From contig JBGSUI010000126.1 in the NCBI GenBank assembly GCA_041736175.1, forward strand, positions 6,863 to 70,862: a stretch of 64,000 nucleotides of DNA, read 5' to 3'. Positions 62,508-64,000 of this stretch are shown here, piece by piece. The DNA comes from Oligoflexales bacterium. GTDB taxonomy: Bacteria > Bdellovibrionota_B > Oligoflexia > Oligoflexales > CAIYRB01. The notes under the pieces were generated by a model. The model was not told where the DNA came from, did not search any database, and saw only the letters and a list, made by a program, of their open reading frames with translations. Position 1 is the first letter of the stretch, and the number at the start of each line of letters is the position of its first letter. Both the position numbers and the translations under genes were made by a program.

Positions 62508-63779
62508 TTAGCCTGCGAGGGGCTGATTTTTGACGACATCATCGAGAGGGATTTTAATGGTAAATCGGGTTCCAACATCGACCGTACTCTCAACCTCTAA
62601 GGTTCCATGGAGGTCTCGGACGATCGTGTAGCACAGGGCTAATCCCAATCCAGTCCCCTCACCAGGATCTTTGGTGGTGAAAAAAGGGTCAAAGATGCGG
62701 TTTAAATGCTCCGCAGGGATTCCCACTCCCGTGTCTTCAATTTGATAAACGCCGATTGGCCGATTTTGTTTTTGGTCAAAATAGCTTGAGGCCTTAATCA
62801 TAAGTGTGCCTCCATCAGGCATCGCTTGGATTGCGTTTTGGGCAAGATTGAGGAAGAGTTGGATGATTTTATTGCGATCACAGGTCACGAAATGATCGAG
62901 ATCTTTAAATTTTTCTTCAATCTCTAAGTGATGACTTTTAGGGATGCTAACCCGACCAAAACGAACGGCGGTGCGGATCGCTTCAAAAATCGAGGACCGA
63001 CTCAGGGAGTGTCGGTTTCCGTGGGGATTGGCCCGAGCAAAATCCAGGAGGGATTCGACGATGGCTTTGCAGCGCTGGGTGGCTGCTTCGATTTCGACCA
63101 CATCCTGGTAATGGGAACTGGTTTTGGGCAACTCTTTGAGAAGCATCTGCGAAAAGATCAAAATACCGCCAAGGGGGTTATTGATTTCATGGGCAATCCC
63201 TCCAGCCAGGAGGCCAATAGAAGCAAGTTTATCCTGTTGGGCGAGTTGGTCACGCATCTTGCGAGCTTCGGTTCGATCCCGATAGATTTGGACAAAGTTG
63301 GTTTCTTCTTGGTTGAGTCCGGCAAGAGCTTGGGAACTGACCTCGTAGAATCTGTTGTCTCTAATCCCCTCGATCTCGTATTGGATCGAGGGTTGGCCCA
63401 AAGCGGGCTGGGTCAACCTCTGGCCTTTGGTTTTAGCTATTTTACACCCTGGACAGGGAGTCTTGCGGTTGGCAAAAACCTCAAAACACTTTTTGCCGAG
63501 GACTTGCTTAACCTCAAGTCCAGCAAGGTTTGCCATGGCGAGATTGGCTTTTTGGATCCGGTAGGTTCGATCGATGATGGCTAAGGGGTCGACTAGCGCG
63601 TCGATGGTGGCCATCCACTGCCGCTTGATTGATTCTACAAACTTGAGCAGCTCTCCAGGGGAGTCAGGGTATTCATTGAATGGAGGTGTGATCTTAAGCT
63701 TTGGATGAGCGACGGTCTTTTGTTTTGTGGCTTTTTTGTTAACGACAGCTTTTTTTTTGAGTTTTTTGCTGGTTTTCAT
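62508..63779 (-). CDS. PAS-domain sensor histidine kinase (NtrB-like, cytoplasmic)
   Basis: AHEINNPL H-box, NLAQNA N-box, DTGVGI, FDPFFTTK, GTGLGL. Confidence 0.95.
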   Translation of the reverse strand: MKTSKKLKKKAVVNKKATKQKTVAHPKLKITPPFNEYPDSPGELLKFVESIKRQWMATIDALVDPLAIIDRTYRIQKANLAMANLAGLEVKQVLGKKCFEVFANRKTPCPGCKIAKTKGQRLTQPALGQPSIQYEIEGIRDNRFYEVSSQALAGLNQEETNFVQIYRDRTEARKMRDQLAQQDKLASIGLLAGGIAHEINNPLGGILIFSQMLLKELPKTSSHYQDVVEIEAATQRCKAIVESLLDFARANPHGNRHSLSRSSIFEAIRTAVRFGRVSIPKSHHLEIEEKFKDLDHFVTCDRNKIIQLFLNLAQNAIQAMPDGGTLMIKASSYFDQKQNRPIGVYQIEDTGVGIPAEHLNRIFDPFFTTKDPGEGTGLGLALCYTIVRDLHGTLEVESTVDVGTRFTIKIPLDDVVKNQPLAG

Positions 63780-64000
63780 GGTTCCTCAGCTAAGAAGAGT
63801 CTGTATACCGATCCTGTGTCTTTACACTGATCGGACACTGACCCTTGTAAGCTGAGGATAACCTCGGAAAGTCCCCTTAATGGGCGAAGGATAACTCGCC
63901 AGCATTGACTTCAGATTCGGTGATTTTTCGCAGTTTCTCAAAGAGCTCATCCCGCTCCTCGCTGCCCGGCTGTTTCCAGACCAGAGCATGGATCAATACG

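Overview
A 64 kb bacterial chromosomal segment of about 50% GC with no rRNA, tRNA, CRISPR array or intact mobile element that I can support. Gene content (many Ser-rich lipoproteins, lipid-anchored trypsins, long-form aromatic amino acid hydroxylase, PilZ and TPR-receiver proteins) suggests an Oligoflexia/Bdellovibrionota-like predator or saprotroph; this is inference only. Housekeeping genes (folE2, elbB, glgP, acetoacetate-CoA ligase, MdlAB-like ABC pair, yebC, fumC, frmAB, purH, M1 and M13 peptidases) are interspersed with small AT-rich accessory inserts: two AAA ATPases with distinctive upstream repeats, a MazF-like pair, a HigBA pair, an orphan HipA-N/HTH gene and a possible group II intron RT remnant. 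Main themes: (1) a dispersed, apparently near-complete tetrahydrobiopterin-type route (FolE2, CX5HGH-type PTPS coupled to an SDR, Phe hydroxylase) in the same window as the enzymes that consume fumarate and acetoacetate; (2) several apparent pseudoenzymes (Deg-type protease tandem with an active and a triad-less copy, IrrE/ImmA with HLLGH, S41 without the nucleophile, Glu-substituted receiver, degenerate class III cyclase-like membrane protein); (3) a toxin-antitoxin-like pair with an unrecognised partner; (4) a triple-CBM10/DPBB lipoprotein and two CX4CH cytochrome-c lipoproteins. All family assignments come from motif recognition by eye; no database search was run.
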